Assembly (NCBI GenBank): GCA_051942245.1
Contig: JAVECL010000075.1
Coordinates: 1 to 61,896 of the forward strand
Length of the DNA stretch: 61,896 bases
DNA from: Trypethelium eluteriae
Taxonomy: Eukaryota
Direction of reading: 5' to 3'
Below the pieces are notes generated by a model. The model was not told the DNA's origin and made no database searches. It was given only the letters and a program-made list of their open reading frames with translations. Below, in pieces: positions 51,027 through 61,896 of the stretch (position 1 is the first letter of the stretch; each line of letters starts with the position of its first letter). A program made the translations under genes and the position numbers.

Positions 51027-52010
51027 TTACGATGGATGCTCCGAATCCAGATGGGTGTTAATATCTCTTTCGGCCATTCGCTGATCACAAATTGGGCAGC
51101 CAACAATCATCACTTTAGAGTAGGGGTCGCATGTTTCGTCTGTAAACGACATTTGTCTCTTGATGCCAAGAGACTGGTTCTTAGGCGATGATTCGTTCAC
51201 CTCCTGCCTAGGCTGATGTTCACTCCTGGAATGGCCATCGGCATCCTTCTCCATGATCCACGAATCGATCTTATTCTTTTGCCTTCCCGCCCTTTCCATG
51301 GCACTCATGCTTTGCAATTGCTTCTTTGTCAATTCGGGCTCGGCTATCTTCGTGTAGTTCCCACCACACTCCTCTAAATGCTGTTTCCACCAGCTATCTG
51401 CCTTACTCGGTGCCCTATTCATGCTCCTTTTCAACAAGCCAAAGTACGGTGCTCGATGGCTGCAAGGTCCATCACATTGCCAGATGTGGGTACGATAACT
51501 ATCAACTTCATCGTGGAAGGTGTGGTAGACGGTGATGAGGTAGTTGCCATGGTTATTGATGGCGTCGGCGAGAAGTAGGAATCCATTTCCATGACCTGTA
51601 CCATCATCGTCGCGAGAATGTCGCCACGAGGTTGTAATGAAGAAATACGCATGAATGGCCTCGTGCAAAAGAGTGTTGACTGTATCTGACTGAGGACGGT
51701 ATTTAAGAAGGGCTTCCGAGAGCTTGAGACGAATGCGTCTGTATTTGCCTTGCTCATCCTTGACCAACTCACATATTCCGGCACAGAGGGTCAACCGGCC
51801 ACTCCATGACACTTCGACCCTAGGAAGGAGAAGGTTGCGGAAATAAATAGTATTGAACAGACCGAAGAGTTCATGAATGTCTACATGTGGGTCACCGTGA
51901 TCCGCATCAAGTAAATGATTCACTTTATCAAGGGCTGTCCTCTGGTCCTTCGAAAGAGGGTCAAGTGTCGAAATCGCTTGCAGTGCGGCCTCTTCATCCG
52001 TGATGGGCAT
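51027..52010 (-). CDS. SprT/Spartan-like metalloprotease with a C-terminal UBZ4-type zinc finger (327 aa)
   Basis: VSWSGRLTLCAGIC, TLLHEAIHAYFF (HExxH), GHGNGF, YHTFHDEV, WQCDGPC..KRSMNRAPS..WWKQHLEECGGNYTKIAEP and CPICDQRMAERDINTHLD. Confidence 0.9.
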   Translation of the reverse strand: MPITDEEAALQAISTLDPLSKDQRTALDKVNHLLDADHGDPHVDIHELFGLFNTIYFRNLLLPRVEVSWSGRLTLCAGICELVKDEQGKYRRIRLKLSEALLKYRPQSDTVNTLLHEAIHAYFFITTSWRHSRDDDGTGHGNGFLLLADAINNHGNYLITVYHTFHDEVDSYRTHIWQCDGPCSHRAPYFGLLKRSMNRAPSKADSWWKQHLEECGGNYTKIAEPELTKKQLQSMSAMERAGRQKNKIDSWIMEKDADGHSRSEHQPRQEVNESSPKNQSLGIKRQMSFTDETCDPYSKVMIVGCPICDQRMAERDINTHLDSEHPS

Positions 52011-52559
52011 GATCGCCCTGAGCTTTCAGGACAAGCAAGGGGTAGCTGCCATCCTTACATCGCATACTCAAGTAGCGTCCATTTTAAAGATGGTCGTTGG
52101 ACACGAAATACTTGAGAATATGAGGGCCCGCCACCTCTAAGGCTTTGTCGCTGACCGTCTTGGATAGGCCTTGGGTTACTCTGCTAGGGAACTCCTGTAG
52201 ACGGTCAACTTGGATCCTTCTTAGATCCTAGTAGGGTCGGGCATGTCCTTAAGTCCAGTTATATAGAAGCATCGGGAATCGTTACTGGGGTCTTTTGATT
52301 CGCGCGGGATGCGGCATCAAACCCTGAGAAATTTGATGCAGGAGCGGCGCGGTGTTTCGTCATCCGTCCACATAGCTGTGTCAACCTGTCGTCACACGAG
52401 CATGCCAACACAGCCTGACGCGCTTTTACCAGGGAAAAGTTCATTTGGACTCTGTACTCATATTTGATCCAGCAAGAAGTCTCCAAACTTTATCTATATC
52501 CTTGCGCGTCCTGGTCGCATGATTACAACTCGGACAGACAGCAGCAGGTGCTGGCTGTA

Positions 52560-55500
52560 ATGGACCATGACACCGACAACCTTCGCCGTACCTCCTCCCA
52601 CAACTCCGTCGTATCTAGTCGACGATCCAGCGCCATACGCGTCAAGCCTCGCAAACACGGTTCCAGCGCTTCCCTACAACCTTCATCCGCCGACGGAGAC
52701 GGGAGTCTCACGTCTTTCCCCTCGCTTTCCCCGTCGCCGGAGACATCTCCGTCTGCAACCCGCCAAAATGTCACCAGTCATCTTTCGCCGACATCTTCGC
52801 CTCGGCCGGCGGTGACATCCGAGCAAGAGCAATGGGATAGACACAGAAGGAGCACACAGAGTTTAGTTGGAAGTCTAGTGGCCACACCATCTCGCAAGCC
52901 TAGTCGCGCCGCACTGTTCGACGACACGCCCAAAGATTCCTCGGGCGTCCCTGGAAACCTTCATCATGCAGAGGATGACAAGCTCCGTCAACTTATTGCG
53001 AAGAATGGCTCCATCAACATAGTGCGCCAGCTTGCAGATGACCTTGCGCAAAGGGATGCACAGATGACAGCGTTGCGGCGGCGGGCAGAAGAGCGGGAAC
53101 GGCTGCTACGGAAGATGCTAAGGGAATGCGAGGTCTCAAATCTAGACATTGAGAAGCGGTTGAGGGAGCTAGAAAGAAGAGGCACGGCCAATCACACAGA
53201 TCAGTCACGAAATCGAACCGAGCGCCAGGGAGCTCGCAACGGAAGTCAAGACATAGGCTTGCAAGCTCATGCGAGCATGAATGATAGAATGGACCTGGCA
53301 ATGCACGAGAGCGTGACTTCAGATGTTAATGTTGAAGCGAGTGAGGAAGCGGAAGACGTCGATACTTTAGGGGACCAGGAGGCCACTATTCGCGCAAAAA
53401 AGCAGACAGAACAATTTCGCGGGAACAGTCAGTCCCGTGATCCTATCCCAAGCACGACGAAAGAATCGAACAAAGGGTGGAAAGGGTACCTATGGCCTGG
53501 AACAATAAGAAGCGAATACAGCAGTAGAAGGGGTAGCGTCAACTCTAATACTGATCAAGATTCAAGACCACCAACAAGGTCGAGAGCTTCGACGTTAACA
53601 CAGACAAGGAGAAGCGTGCTGAATGGAACTGTCTTCGAACCACCTTCTCCAGGGTTACTACGAACTGTCAGTAGCACTGCAATGTTCGGTCGTAACTCGA
53701 GCGAGCCGGAAATCGGGATAAGCACTAGAAGCTCTTCGACTTCAGTGGCGAATTGGGCCACCAAAATCTTCGCTGGGACCAGTCTCAACAAGAACGATAA
53801 AACGAGCACAATAAGAGGTCGCCCGACAGGCAATGGTGATCAAGCAGGACGCTCTGCGTCTCGGACATCAGTCAACACCTCAAAATCGGCTAACAAGTCA
53901 ACAGGACCAAAGGCTGTGACTACAAAATCAGGGACAACCAGGGGGACCTTGGCTCCAAGCAAAACTTTCAGAGTCGGATCGCCCGAGAACAGGAGATTTA
54001 CCAATGCAGCGCTTGGGCCAGTAAGTCCATCCAGTCTCGAAAATACCACAAACCTTGGTCCTGTTGAAATGGACACGATCTTGCCAGAAGAATCACGTCC
54101 GCCAACATTGGCGCAGCTGCACTACAACATGAGCGATGGTGGCGAATATCTGACGGATCGTTTTGGGTTCATATATGATCATCGTCGAAAGAAACGGCAA
54201 GCGGAAGCAGCAGCAGCACTACAGAAAGACAAAAGAAACAGTGGGTTTGAGTCCTTAGGAAGTGCTAGGGACGTCATCACCGCTGCCGCTGAGGACGAGG
54301 CAATCTTCCCTCCAGACGATTCGAGTCCTCGACCGGACACTCCAGCATCATATCAAGAGGACCTAGGGACGAAGACGGCAAAGCGGTGGCAGGATTACCT
54401 GAAGCTTGCAAGCTTTCCTACCGAGCTGTTAGCTCATACTCCTGTCCCGGCTCCCATAACGACGGTTGACGGAGCTGATGCGGAGGAAGACCCGACATTG
54501 GCTGGAGCGTCCAAGGTGACTATAGAGAAGCGCGGCTCCATGCCAGTCTTAAGCGTCAATCCCGAGCCCTCAGAGACGCGCGTCGTCTCCAGCAACGCCG
54601 AGTTCGCCGCACCAGCAGGAGGCTCCGGCACCGCAACCCCCATCGACACCCTCAACACGCTCAACAAGCAGTCCGACCCCGTCAAATCCCTCCTCCAACA
54701 GCTCACCGAAGTGCACGACTCCCTCCAGCGCGACAAGACCGTGCGGTGGAACGACTTCCTGCGCAAAGTCCGCGCCGAACGCCGCCTCGAAAACGAAGCC
54801 GCCGCTGCTGCCTCCTCGTCCACAACCACTACCGAAGGCCGACCCCTCACGCTCTCCATGCCCGAAGCCGCGCTCGCAGACGGCGAAGTCGTCGGCGTAG
54901 CAGGGCTTGGCAATAAAGGCAAGGTCGGCCGCGCGAAGTGGAAGGAGTTCAAGGCACTGGTGCTGGGCGGCATCCCCGTCGCGTACCGCGCCAAGATCTG
55001 GGCGGAGTGCGCGGGGGCATCGGCGGCGCGCGTGCCGGGGTACTATGAGGATCTGGTGACGGCGGGGGCGGACGATGCTAGTGGTGGTGCTGGTGGGGGG
55101 GTGGTGGCGCAGATTGGGATGGATATCACGAGGACGCTGACCGATAATATCTATTTTCGGCGGGGGCCCGGCGTGCGCAGGCTCAATGAGGTGCTGGTGG
55201 CGTATGCGCGCCGGAATCCTGAGGTTGGGTATTGTCAGGGGATGAATCTGATTGCGGCGTGTCTGCTGCTGATTATGCCGACGGCGGAAGATGCGTTTTG
55301 GCTCCTTGCTTCGATGATCGAGAATATTCTGCCGCGGGGATACTATGATGACTCGCTGCTTACGTCTCGCGCGGATCAGCATGTGCTGCGGCAGTACGTG
55401 GCGGAGCTGCTCCCGAAACTCTCGGGTCATCTCGATGAACTTGGAATCGAGCTTGAGGCACTATCGTTTCAATGGTTTCTCAGCGTCTTCACAGATTGTC

Positions 55501-56036
55501 TGAGTGCCGAAGCCCTCTTCCGTGTCTGGGATGTCGTGCTGTGCATTAACGATGGCTCAACATTCTTATTTCAGGTCGCGCTCGCGTTGCTGAAACTCAA
55601 CGAGGGTGCGTTGCTGGAGTGTGATAGTCCAGCCGGGGTATATCACTATATCAACCACCAGATGACGAATCATGCCATCAGTATCGATGGACTGATACAG
55701 GCATCGGAGGCACTGAAGAAGGATGTTAGGAGAGAAGAGGTCGAAGAGCGGCGGCAGAGAGCCGTGGAAAAGGAGTTGGACTTTATCAGACAGAGGGAGG
55801 AAGCAGTGAATGTGGCTATGAGGGAAAGGAAAAGGGGAAAACAGAGGATGGAGGAGGGAGAAGCGGATCCAGACGGTACGGCCTACGTGGATAGTGGGGC
55901 AAGCGAGGATCTCGAGGTGCCTATTAGGAGCAGTCGTAGTTCAAGTGTGGCGCCAGAGGAGGCTGAGGAGGGTGGTATCGGCATGACGTGGAGACAGCCA
56001 ATGCCGATTGATGAGGAAGCGGAGTGGAGAGCTTAA
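52560..56036 (+). CDS. TBC-domain Rab GTPase-activating protein (~1158 aa)
   Basis: Coiled coil near the N-terminus, DRFGFIYD, GGIPVAYRAKIW, Arg finger IGMDITRT, Gln finger GYCQGMN and FQWFLSVFTDCL..RVWD. Confidence 0.92.
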   Translation: MDHDTDNLRRTSSHNSVVSSRRSSAIRVKPRKHGSSASLQPSSADGDGSLTSFPSLSPSPETSPSATRQNVTSHLSPTSSPRPAVTSEQEQWDRHRRSTQSLVGSLVATPSRKPSRAALFDDTPKDSSGVPGNLHHAEDDKLRQLIAKNGSINIVRQLADDLAQRDAQMTALRRRAEERERLLRKMLRECEVSNLDIEKRLRELERRGTANHTDQSRNRTERQGARNGSQDIGLQAHASMNDRMDLAMHESVTSDVNVEASEEAEDVDTLGDQEATIRAKKQTEQFRGNSQSRDPIPSTTKESNKGWKGYLWPGTIRSEYSSRRGSVNSNTDQDSRPPTRSRASTLTQTRRSVLNGTVFEPPSPGLLRTVSSTAMFGRNSSEPEIGISTRSSSTSVANWATKIFAGTSLNKNDKTSTIRGRPTGNGDQAGRSASRTSVNTSKSANKSTGPKAVTTKSGTTRGTLAPSKTFRVGSPENRRFTNAALGPVSPSSLENTTNLGPVEMDTILPEESRPPTLAQLHYNMSDGGEYLTDRFGFIYDHRRKKRQAEAAAALQKDKRNSGFESLGSARDVITAAAEDEAIFPPDDSSPRPDTPASYQEDLGTKTAKRWQDYLKLASFPTELLAHTPVPAPITTVDGADAEEDPTLAGASKVTIEKRGSMPVLSVNPEPSETRVVSSNAEFAAPAGGSGTATPIDTLNTLNKQSDPVKSLLQQLTEVHDSLQRDKTVRWNDFLRKVRAERRLENEAAAAASSSTTTTEGRPLTLSMPEAALADGEVVGVAGLGNKGKVGRAKWKEFKALVLGGIPVAYRAKIWAECAGASAARVPGYYEDLVTAGADDASGGAGGGVVAQIGMDITRTLTDNIYFRRGPGVRRLNEVLVAYARRNPEVGYCQGMNLIAACLLLIMPTAEDAFWLLASMIENILPRGYYDDSLLTSRADQHVLRQYVAELLPKLSGHLDELGIELEALSFQWFLSVFTDCLSAEALFRVWDVVLCINDGSTFLFQVALALLKLNEGALLECDSPAGVYHYINHQMTNHAISIDGLIQASEALKKDVRREEVEERRQRAVEKELDFIRQREEAVNVAMRERKRGKQRMEEGEADPDGTAYVDSGASEDLEVPIRSSRSSSVAPEEAEEGGIGMTWRQPMPIDEEAEWRA

Positions 56037-56371
56037 AAAGCGAAGAGCACAACTTGTGTAAAGAACGGCTATCAATATCAATATGCAATATACCCTGAGA
56101 ATGGCGGACTGGCATTTATTTTGGACGAAGCGGATAGACTCTGGAACAATACCCACACAAGTCTAACCCTTCCGTAGTCTAAATAGTTTGTTATCATTCT
56201 AAACCTTACGCATATCAAGTACTGTGCAATTATTTCCGCCCTGGATATAAGGTAGACTACTGATTTTGCGAAGTGTATGTCCAAGGTATACTTGCGCAAA
56301 CGCTACCAGTCGCCCAGGACACTACGATACAAGTCTACAACGAGGTAGTAAGAACTCCAAGGACCGCTTAG

Positions 56372-57064
56372 TCATTCCCTTCTCTTTCTACGCATGAAGC
56401 TTATATCTGGTAGTCTGCGCGATTTAAACTGGTCTTCAACATCAAATATCATCTGATCGATCTCCGTTCGAAAGCCGCATCGCTCGTAGCATCTCTTTCC
56501 AGCCCGGGTAGCCTCCACGATGGCCTCCAAGCCGTTCTCATCGGCCTTTTCACATCCCCACCGCGTCAGTCTCTCACCTAGACCGATACGCTGGCTCTCC
56601 GGATGCACTGCCAGCACCTCCAGAACCATAACGCCCTTACCTTCTGGTGCAGCGAAGACGGCAGCCCGCCGAGGTTGCACGTAGGAATACCAAACCTGCT
56701 CCACAAATCGTTTCTCCTTTTCGCCGTCTTCGCCAAGCCTGCCCCACACGGCATCGACATCTTCGGCGTCTTTAAGGTCGTTTGGGGACGGATTCTTCGA
56801 CGAAAGCGTGTGAGTCCAGACAGCAAAGCCCAAAACTCGACCGTTCTTCTCGGCCTTGAGGAATTGGGCGTCTGGATCGGATGTAAACCAGTTGTGGAGC
56901 CTTTCTAGGGCCTGTGCTCGGCCAGTGGTATCATGGTTTGGAAAATAAATGTCGACGAAGGGCGCATTGTGCTGGAATGCAGCGGAGATGATTTCCATGC
57001 ACTGGGGAATGTCGACTTCCGTGCATGCCGCGATGTTGATGGTTACGTCAACATGCGATGTCAT
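56372..57064 (-). CDS. GNAT-family N-acetyltransferase (230 aa)
   Basis: Acetyl-CoA motif A LAVHPESQRIGLG and EATRAGKRCYERCGF. Confidence 0.88.
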   Translation of the reverse strand: MTSHVDVTINIAACTEVDIPQCMEIISAAFQHNAPFVDIYFPNHDTTGRAQALERLHNWFTSDPDAQFLKAEKNGRVLGFAVWTHTLSSKNPSPNDLKDAEDVDAVWGRLGEDGEKEKRFVEQVWYSYVQPRRAAVFAAPEGKGVMVLEVLAVHPESQRIGLGERLTRWGCEKADENGLEAIVEATRAGKRCYERCGFRTEIDQMIFDVEDQFKSRRLPDISFMRRKRRE

Positions 57065-59109
57065 TGGGATTGTCCGAAAACTGGCTTCTAGGTGTATCTA
57101 GGGAGCAAATGGTTTTCAAGACCGCCCGATCACTTTCGTCACTTCAGATCTGACAGTACTCCAATAGCCCCAGAAGGTCAAATACTCAAAAGCTAATTGA
57201 GTATCAGGATAGGTGGGAGACCAGACTCCTTGTACAGCCAAGAAATCGCAGCTTAACCGAGCGCTCCGTCGGCTCGGAACAGCGAAGCGGATTTCCAATA
57301 ACGCGAACTCTTTCTGAAGGAAACTGACAGTATTCCTCCATAGAAACGTAGTATTTAACATGCCGAGTATTTTTGATAAATCGATGTAAGAGGCAGTTTT
57401 TGAACCCTACTAATTTTGCGGCGTTTTTGAAAGGGAGTGGCCTATGATTAAGGATTCCTCCCTATTGGTGTTTCCCGTCAATGGTGTGGCGGGCTCATGT
57501 TGGGTCGCTCCAATTCTACTCTGGTAGATAAATTTTGCATGTGGCAAGGACCGTAGAAAGCTGGAAGAATTTGAATGAAATGTTCCGGAGCCTCTCAATA
57601 TCTTGACTGAGCGCCCCTCGCGGATTCCACACGGCCATTTCTCCTCAGAAGGTGAGAATAGGGGTGAAGGAACTCAGGACAAGCATAAACTGGAGTCTAC
57701 CCGCCAAATCTCGATCTTGTAGAGACTTGTAAAGCATGGGACTTCATCAACCACTACATCGCCCAGCCTAGATAGCCTGAGCTAGGATATGAGAGCCCAT
57801 GACTACGGTGTTCACTCGCCTCGTGTGCAGAGATGTTGGCGACTCAGGCCTTTCAACTGACATGTCATTCCGATACGTGGATTAGATCAAGTTCACCACA
57901 GGAGCAGGCACGATAGCATCAACAAATTGCACTTCATCCACCGACGTGATCGAGTGCGGGTCCGCTGCCAGTGAATTTGTGGAAAAGAACACTCATCGGG
58001 GTCGAGGATAAAGTAAAGCTTTTGATGATAGACTCGGAAGTTGATGAAAGACTGGTACTAGAGATGTGAATGAAATGGGTCACGTAGCGGCTACAAGCTC
58101 AAAAGCTTGATTGGGGAGGTTGACTGAATCTCAAGATTGATTGAGACGTTTGACGTGTGCATTTTAATGACAATCAGGTATCCGTAAGGCATCTTCCCCT
58201 ACTCCAGCTACGGAAACTGCACCAACGGGCCTGATTGCATGTTTGCTCAGTCCTCGATGCACCGTCGCACTTAGAAGGCAGATTCTTTGAATAGGCAGGT
58301 GCTCGTTCGCGACTTCTTCGATAGGCTGGCACCAGTGAAAGATCAAGTAACAACGCTTTTGCGGCAATGTTGTCGACTCCATCGTTCGCACCTTCAAAGC
58401 CACATGATTATAACTGACAGACATACATGAAATACGATAGCCATGTGCGCAGCATTGACGATTCCTTGCTTCCGTGTGGGTACTGCTGTTGCTCAGTATC
58501 AGGAACGAACCTGCACTCATCAGTAATACCTTAGTCCCACTGCCAACCTTCTCTTTCCGTTTTCATAGTGATAAAAACGAACTGACATTGCTCGCTACTG
58601 CTTCCCAATTATAAAGAACGCCCATGCGGAGAAGGACTTGCCTTCCTTACGTGACGTTCAGACCTTCCAAAGACTTATGAATTTCCCAAGTCCTTGCCTC
58701 GTATATCATGCTCCTGACGCAAAGACTACTTGTGTATCGCAGCCACGCCCTTCTCGAGTTTCATGGGGAAAGCGTGAAGGTGTCTTACCCACCATATTTA
58801 AGCCAGCCCAATGAGTCTCTAACCATCTCTCAACTTCATCCATTTCTCTTTTCTCAATATCCCTCTGATAATCGCACCTCCAATCCCACTACGTCAACTC
58901 CTCTCTTTACCAAAGGGGTTTCCCTTTACATACCTCACGTCTTTGCAACCTCTTCATTAGCTTGCCCAAACCTTCGCCTTGCACATCCAATGGCTCAACG
59001 CGGATGCCCTATGATCGTCGAGCAGTCTTTGCATCTTTCAAAGATGAGTAGATCACCTGCTGCCTACCAAGATCTGGTTCCTCATCAAGGGGTTTGACTG
59101 ACTCACAAC

Positions 59110-59690
59110 GCTTCTTCTCGCAGGAGACATTCTTCCTTTGGATCTCAGACTTGTCGACCATTGCTCAGTGGCTCGCCGGAGGGCAGAGGCAACACACAGT
59201 GCCGACGTTCTCATCATCGATCAAATCTCCTCAATTCTCGCTTTGCCAGCTTGGAAATGGACAAGCACACCAGAAGGCAGGTAAAGCGAATGATGAATCT
59301 GGCTATGCCAGGACCTTCAGTACAAAGGGGATCTGAGCTCCTGGTCCGCAAGGACGGGACAATGATGAATTCAAAACCATTCTGATCCACCCTCCTGCTC
59401 AGCTTCGGCTGACACGGGTCTTTCTATACTTTTAGGTGCCTCCTTCGTCGATTTATCCTCGAACCAGGCGCTCTTTCTCTTGGGAAACATTTTCTGTTCG
59501 GATCTCAGACTCGTCGACCATTGCTCCGTGATTGACCGAACCACAGACGCAACGAACATTGCCGACCTTCTCATCATTGATTCTGTGTACATTGGGCATC
59601 TGAGCTGCTGATTCTCCTGCTCAGCTTCGGCTGCCATGGGTCTTTTTACATCGTGCTGGGTGCCTTTTCAGTCCATCAAATCCTCGAACT
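59110..59690. repeat. imperfect tandem duplication (two A-B units)
   Basis: ggatctcagact.gtcgaccattgctc.gtg at 59140 and 59500 (offset 360); ctcctgctcagcttcggctg at 59392 and 59614 (offset 222). Confidence 0.8.
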
Positions 59691-61530
59691 AAGGATTGAC
59701 GAACCACTCAACCTCAGCGATAGTTCTCTTTGGCTCCGATTCGCAACCATTGGCTCCAAAGCCACCAGTTCTTGGAATTTTGTCTGTCTTGGTAGCCTTG
59801 TACATAGTTGAAATGAATTTTGTTCTCATGCACAGAGCCGAATGATCATGGTCCGTGCCTCGTAACGTCATCATTTGGGTCGTCATCAAGTCCTGGATCG
59901 TGGGACTGAGCATGCAATTGACGCAGAAGCTTCAAAGATCTAACCTAGTCTGTGGCTCTGCGATTTTTCCGTTGAATCAATGGCGTCCATTGTAAGCCAT
60001 CCTGCCAGTTCGATAGAGTCAAGGCGTGAAGTTCAGGATGATGAGTATCGGTCCGAATCGTTTGGCCGGTACAGTTGTCAGCACAGATGAGTACCTTGAA
60101 GACTTGAAGGCAAATATCGTTTCCTTGATGTCGTGAGGGTACGCAATATCCGCATCCTGGCAAGTTAGGAAATGGAAGGGGGCTACCGGGGGACTTGTCT
60201 GGTACACCAAGTGGATCCGTTGATCTGTTGCCAGTAGTGCGCAGCTACTCATTTTGGGCCAACATAGCTAGCGTACCAGCGACAAAGCTCTCTGTATAGG
60301 CTACGGGCCCACGGGGTAATCCGACTATTTCATACCTAATCCATGCATGCGGCCCGAAGATGACGGCTGGAGTTCACGGGATATGGGTAGATTCGCGCCA
60401 TTTTAGCTTGAGGACCAATTACGCGACTCGACGCAATCAAGATCAGTATGATTTATTACCCAGTGGGCTCAATTGCGAACCATGAGAGCTCTTTAATTTG
60501 GGAGCATTATCCGCCGACCCAAGAAGACCCCGTACGGGAACGTTACGCCCGCGAGCTGGAGATCCATAGAACACGCAATCATCGGTTGCCGTGGGGAAAG
60601 CGAAGGCCAGAGAATCGACCAGATGCCAGACGAGGCGATGTGTATTAGCTTGAGTTGAGACAGTGGGCTTAGGGTAAGATCCGAGATGGTACTCCGTACT
60701 CGTCCACTACTCACCCGCTGCTCACATTACTCGTCCTGGAATTAGGCACTAGCGCTATTTCCATATTAATAATCGCTACACATGTGGTGGTGGATAGTGG
60801 AACACTAGGGTGCACCAGTTGCTGTGTCCTCAAACCGGAAGGCAGTTGAGCAAGTCGTGAAGTTGTGCATGCACTAAATCCTACAGTCCCGGCGGTCATA
60901 GAATGTTTATTGCACGGACAGGCAAGTGGAAACGTAGAGCGTGTACGGAGCAGAGCTGGGCTATCGGGGTGGCGATAAGGCGAGCCAGTCGCGTATCTCA
61001 ATCTCAAATCATGGACATGGGCATCCCATCCACGTTTCATCTTCTCGTCTTCTCACATTCTGATTCAGTGGCGTCCGGAGTCGCTTACCGAGGAGTGCGC
61101 CGCGTTCGACGATGTTTTAGTCTTAGAGTTTTGGACCCCGGCACGCGACGCCCGCACCACGAACGTCATGCCAGCAAATAAACTCGTCCTCTCTTTCTCG
61201 CTGTCCTCCTAGTCCCGAGGCCGGCGATCCTGCGCCAGTGGATTGGAGTCAGTATCATCTTCCCACCCTCATCTCTGCCCAGACCGACCCTCCCCAGCGT
61301 CTGAGTGCGCTACTCCAAGCTGAAACGCTGATCGAGCCTCAGAGGCGCGAACAGGGTTGAATCGCACTCTAAGAACGCTCCGGGGAGGCGTGCCGAACTG
61401 CGGGACGTTGCGCAATGCTCGATATCAAATCCAGGGATCCAGTCTCCATAGTTCAGAGGGTCCAAAGACGACGCGTCCGGCTCAAGGTCAGCCTTGGGAC
61501 CGCAGACCTCCTATCCAGACTTTCCGAGCG

Positions 61531-61896
61531 ATGAACCAGCCCCTATTAATGTCGAATCCGCCGAATCATGTCTCAAATGTGGATTCATATGCTCCTTCCT
61601 CCTTGGATGCCAATGGACAATACGTTCAGTCCGGCTACCCACTTGCGCATGATACCCAGTACCAACACCCGGCCCCGGTGGTCCCATCACTGAATGGTCC
61701 CTATGCGGCAAGCTTTGGTATGCCACCGGTGGCATTTTCTGCGGGGCAGTATCCCACAGCCAATGGCCCCAATGGCCCCAGTGCCCCCAATGGCCTTGGA
61801 TGGAATAATATGTCCAGCCAGCAGTTCTCCAATGGATACTATTCTTTGGACCCAACTCTCCACCTGAAGCTCCAGAGCCTGCCTATGCTGGACAAC
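61531..61896 (+). CDS. TBF1: 5' part of a probable telomere-repeat-binding factor Tbf1 (runs off the window end)
   Basis: Open frame MNQPLLMSNPP.. ending DPTLHLKLQSLPMLDN, which resembles the HL[K/R]IQSLPILDNL start of the fungal Tbf1 TRFH-like region as I recall it. The true start may lie further upstream. Confidence 0.6.
   Translation, partial: MNQPLLMSNPPNHVSNVDSYAPSSLDANGQYVQSGYPLAHDTQYQHPAPVVPSLNGPYAASFGMPPVAFSAGQYPTANGPNGPSAPNGLGWNNMSSQQFSNGYYSLDPTLHLKLQSLPMLDN

Noticed and set aside
54434..55430. Long antisense ORFs (186 and 286 aa; likewise 46433..47128, 18365..19018, 20252..20818)
   Set aside because: These are shadows of GC3-rich coding sequence on the other strand and have no recognisable motifs.
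57100..59090. Gene-poor stretch checked for transposon or RNA genes
   Set aside because: No transposase or RT motifs, terminal repeats, tRNA cloverleaf or rRNA signature were visible by eye.
61511..61855. Minus-strand ORF with a striking GHWGHWGHWGHW repeat
   Set aside because: It is the antisense reading of the caatggccc repeat in the plus-strand Tbf1-like frame, which carries the recognisable motif.

Overview
Eukaryotic, intron-containing DNA (short GT-AG introns with CTRAC-type branch points) from a filamentous ascomycete (Pezizomycotina). Bases ~14.4-57.1 kb are a conserved housekeeping block: PAT1, a KRE2/MNT1 GT15 mannosyltransferase, xlnR, an aldehyde dehydrogenase, a sphingoid-base phosphate phosphatase, rho4, dynein heavy chain, svf1, a SprT/Spartan-like protease, a TBC Rab-GAP and a GNAT. 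The 5' end of a probable Tbf1 gene sits at the right edge. Bases 1-13.5 kb look accessory. They hold a ~1470-aa HET-domain gene whose conserved C-terminal domain is split by a ~650-aa insertion containing five copies of a Trp-rich repeat I do not recognise. That gene is flanked by two signal-peptide-less single-pass membrane proteins with EL[D/P/A] tail repeats, a possible decayed ankyrin remnant and an F-box gene. This locus is the best candidate for an undescribed non-self recognition or cell-death system, but the functional link is inference. Also seen: a 3-exon gene with a half-CRIB-like motif that the ORF track misses, a dense CreA-motif cluster upstream of xlnR, an aspartic-protease pseudogene with a mutated splice donor, local C-rich to G-rich skew flips inside genes, and a decayed tandem duplication near 59-60 kb. 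All gene models were spliced by eye and no database searches were run.
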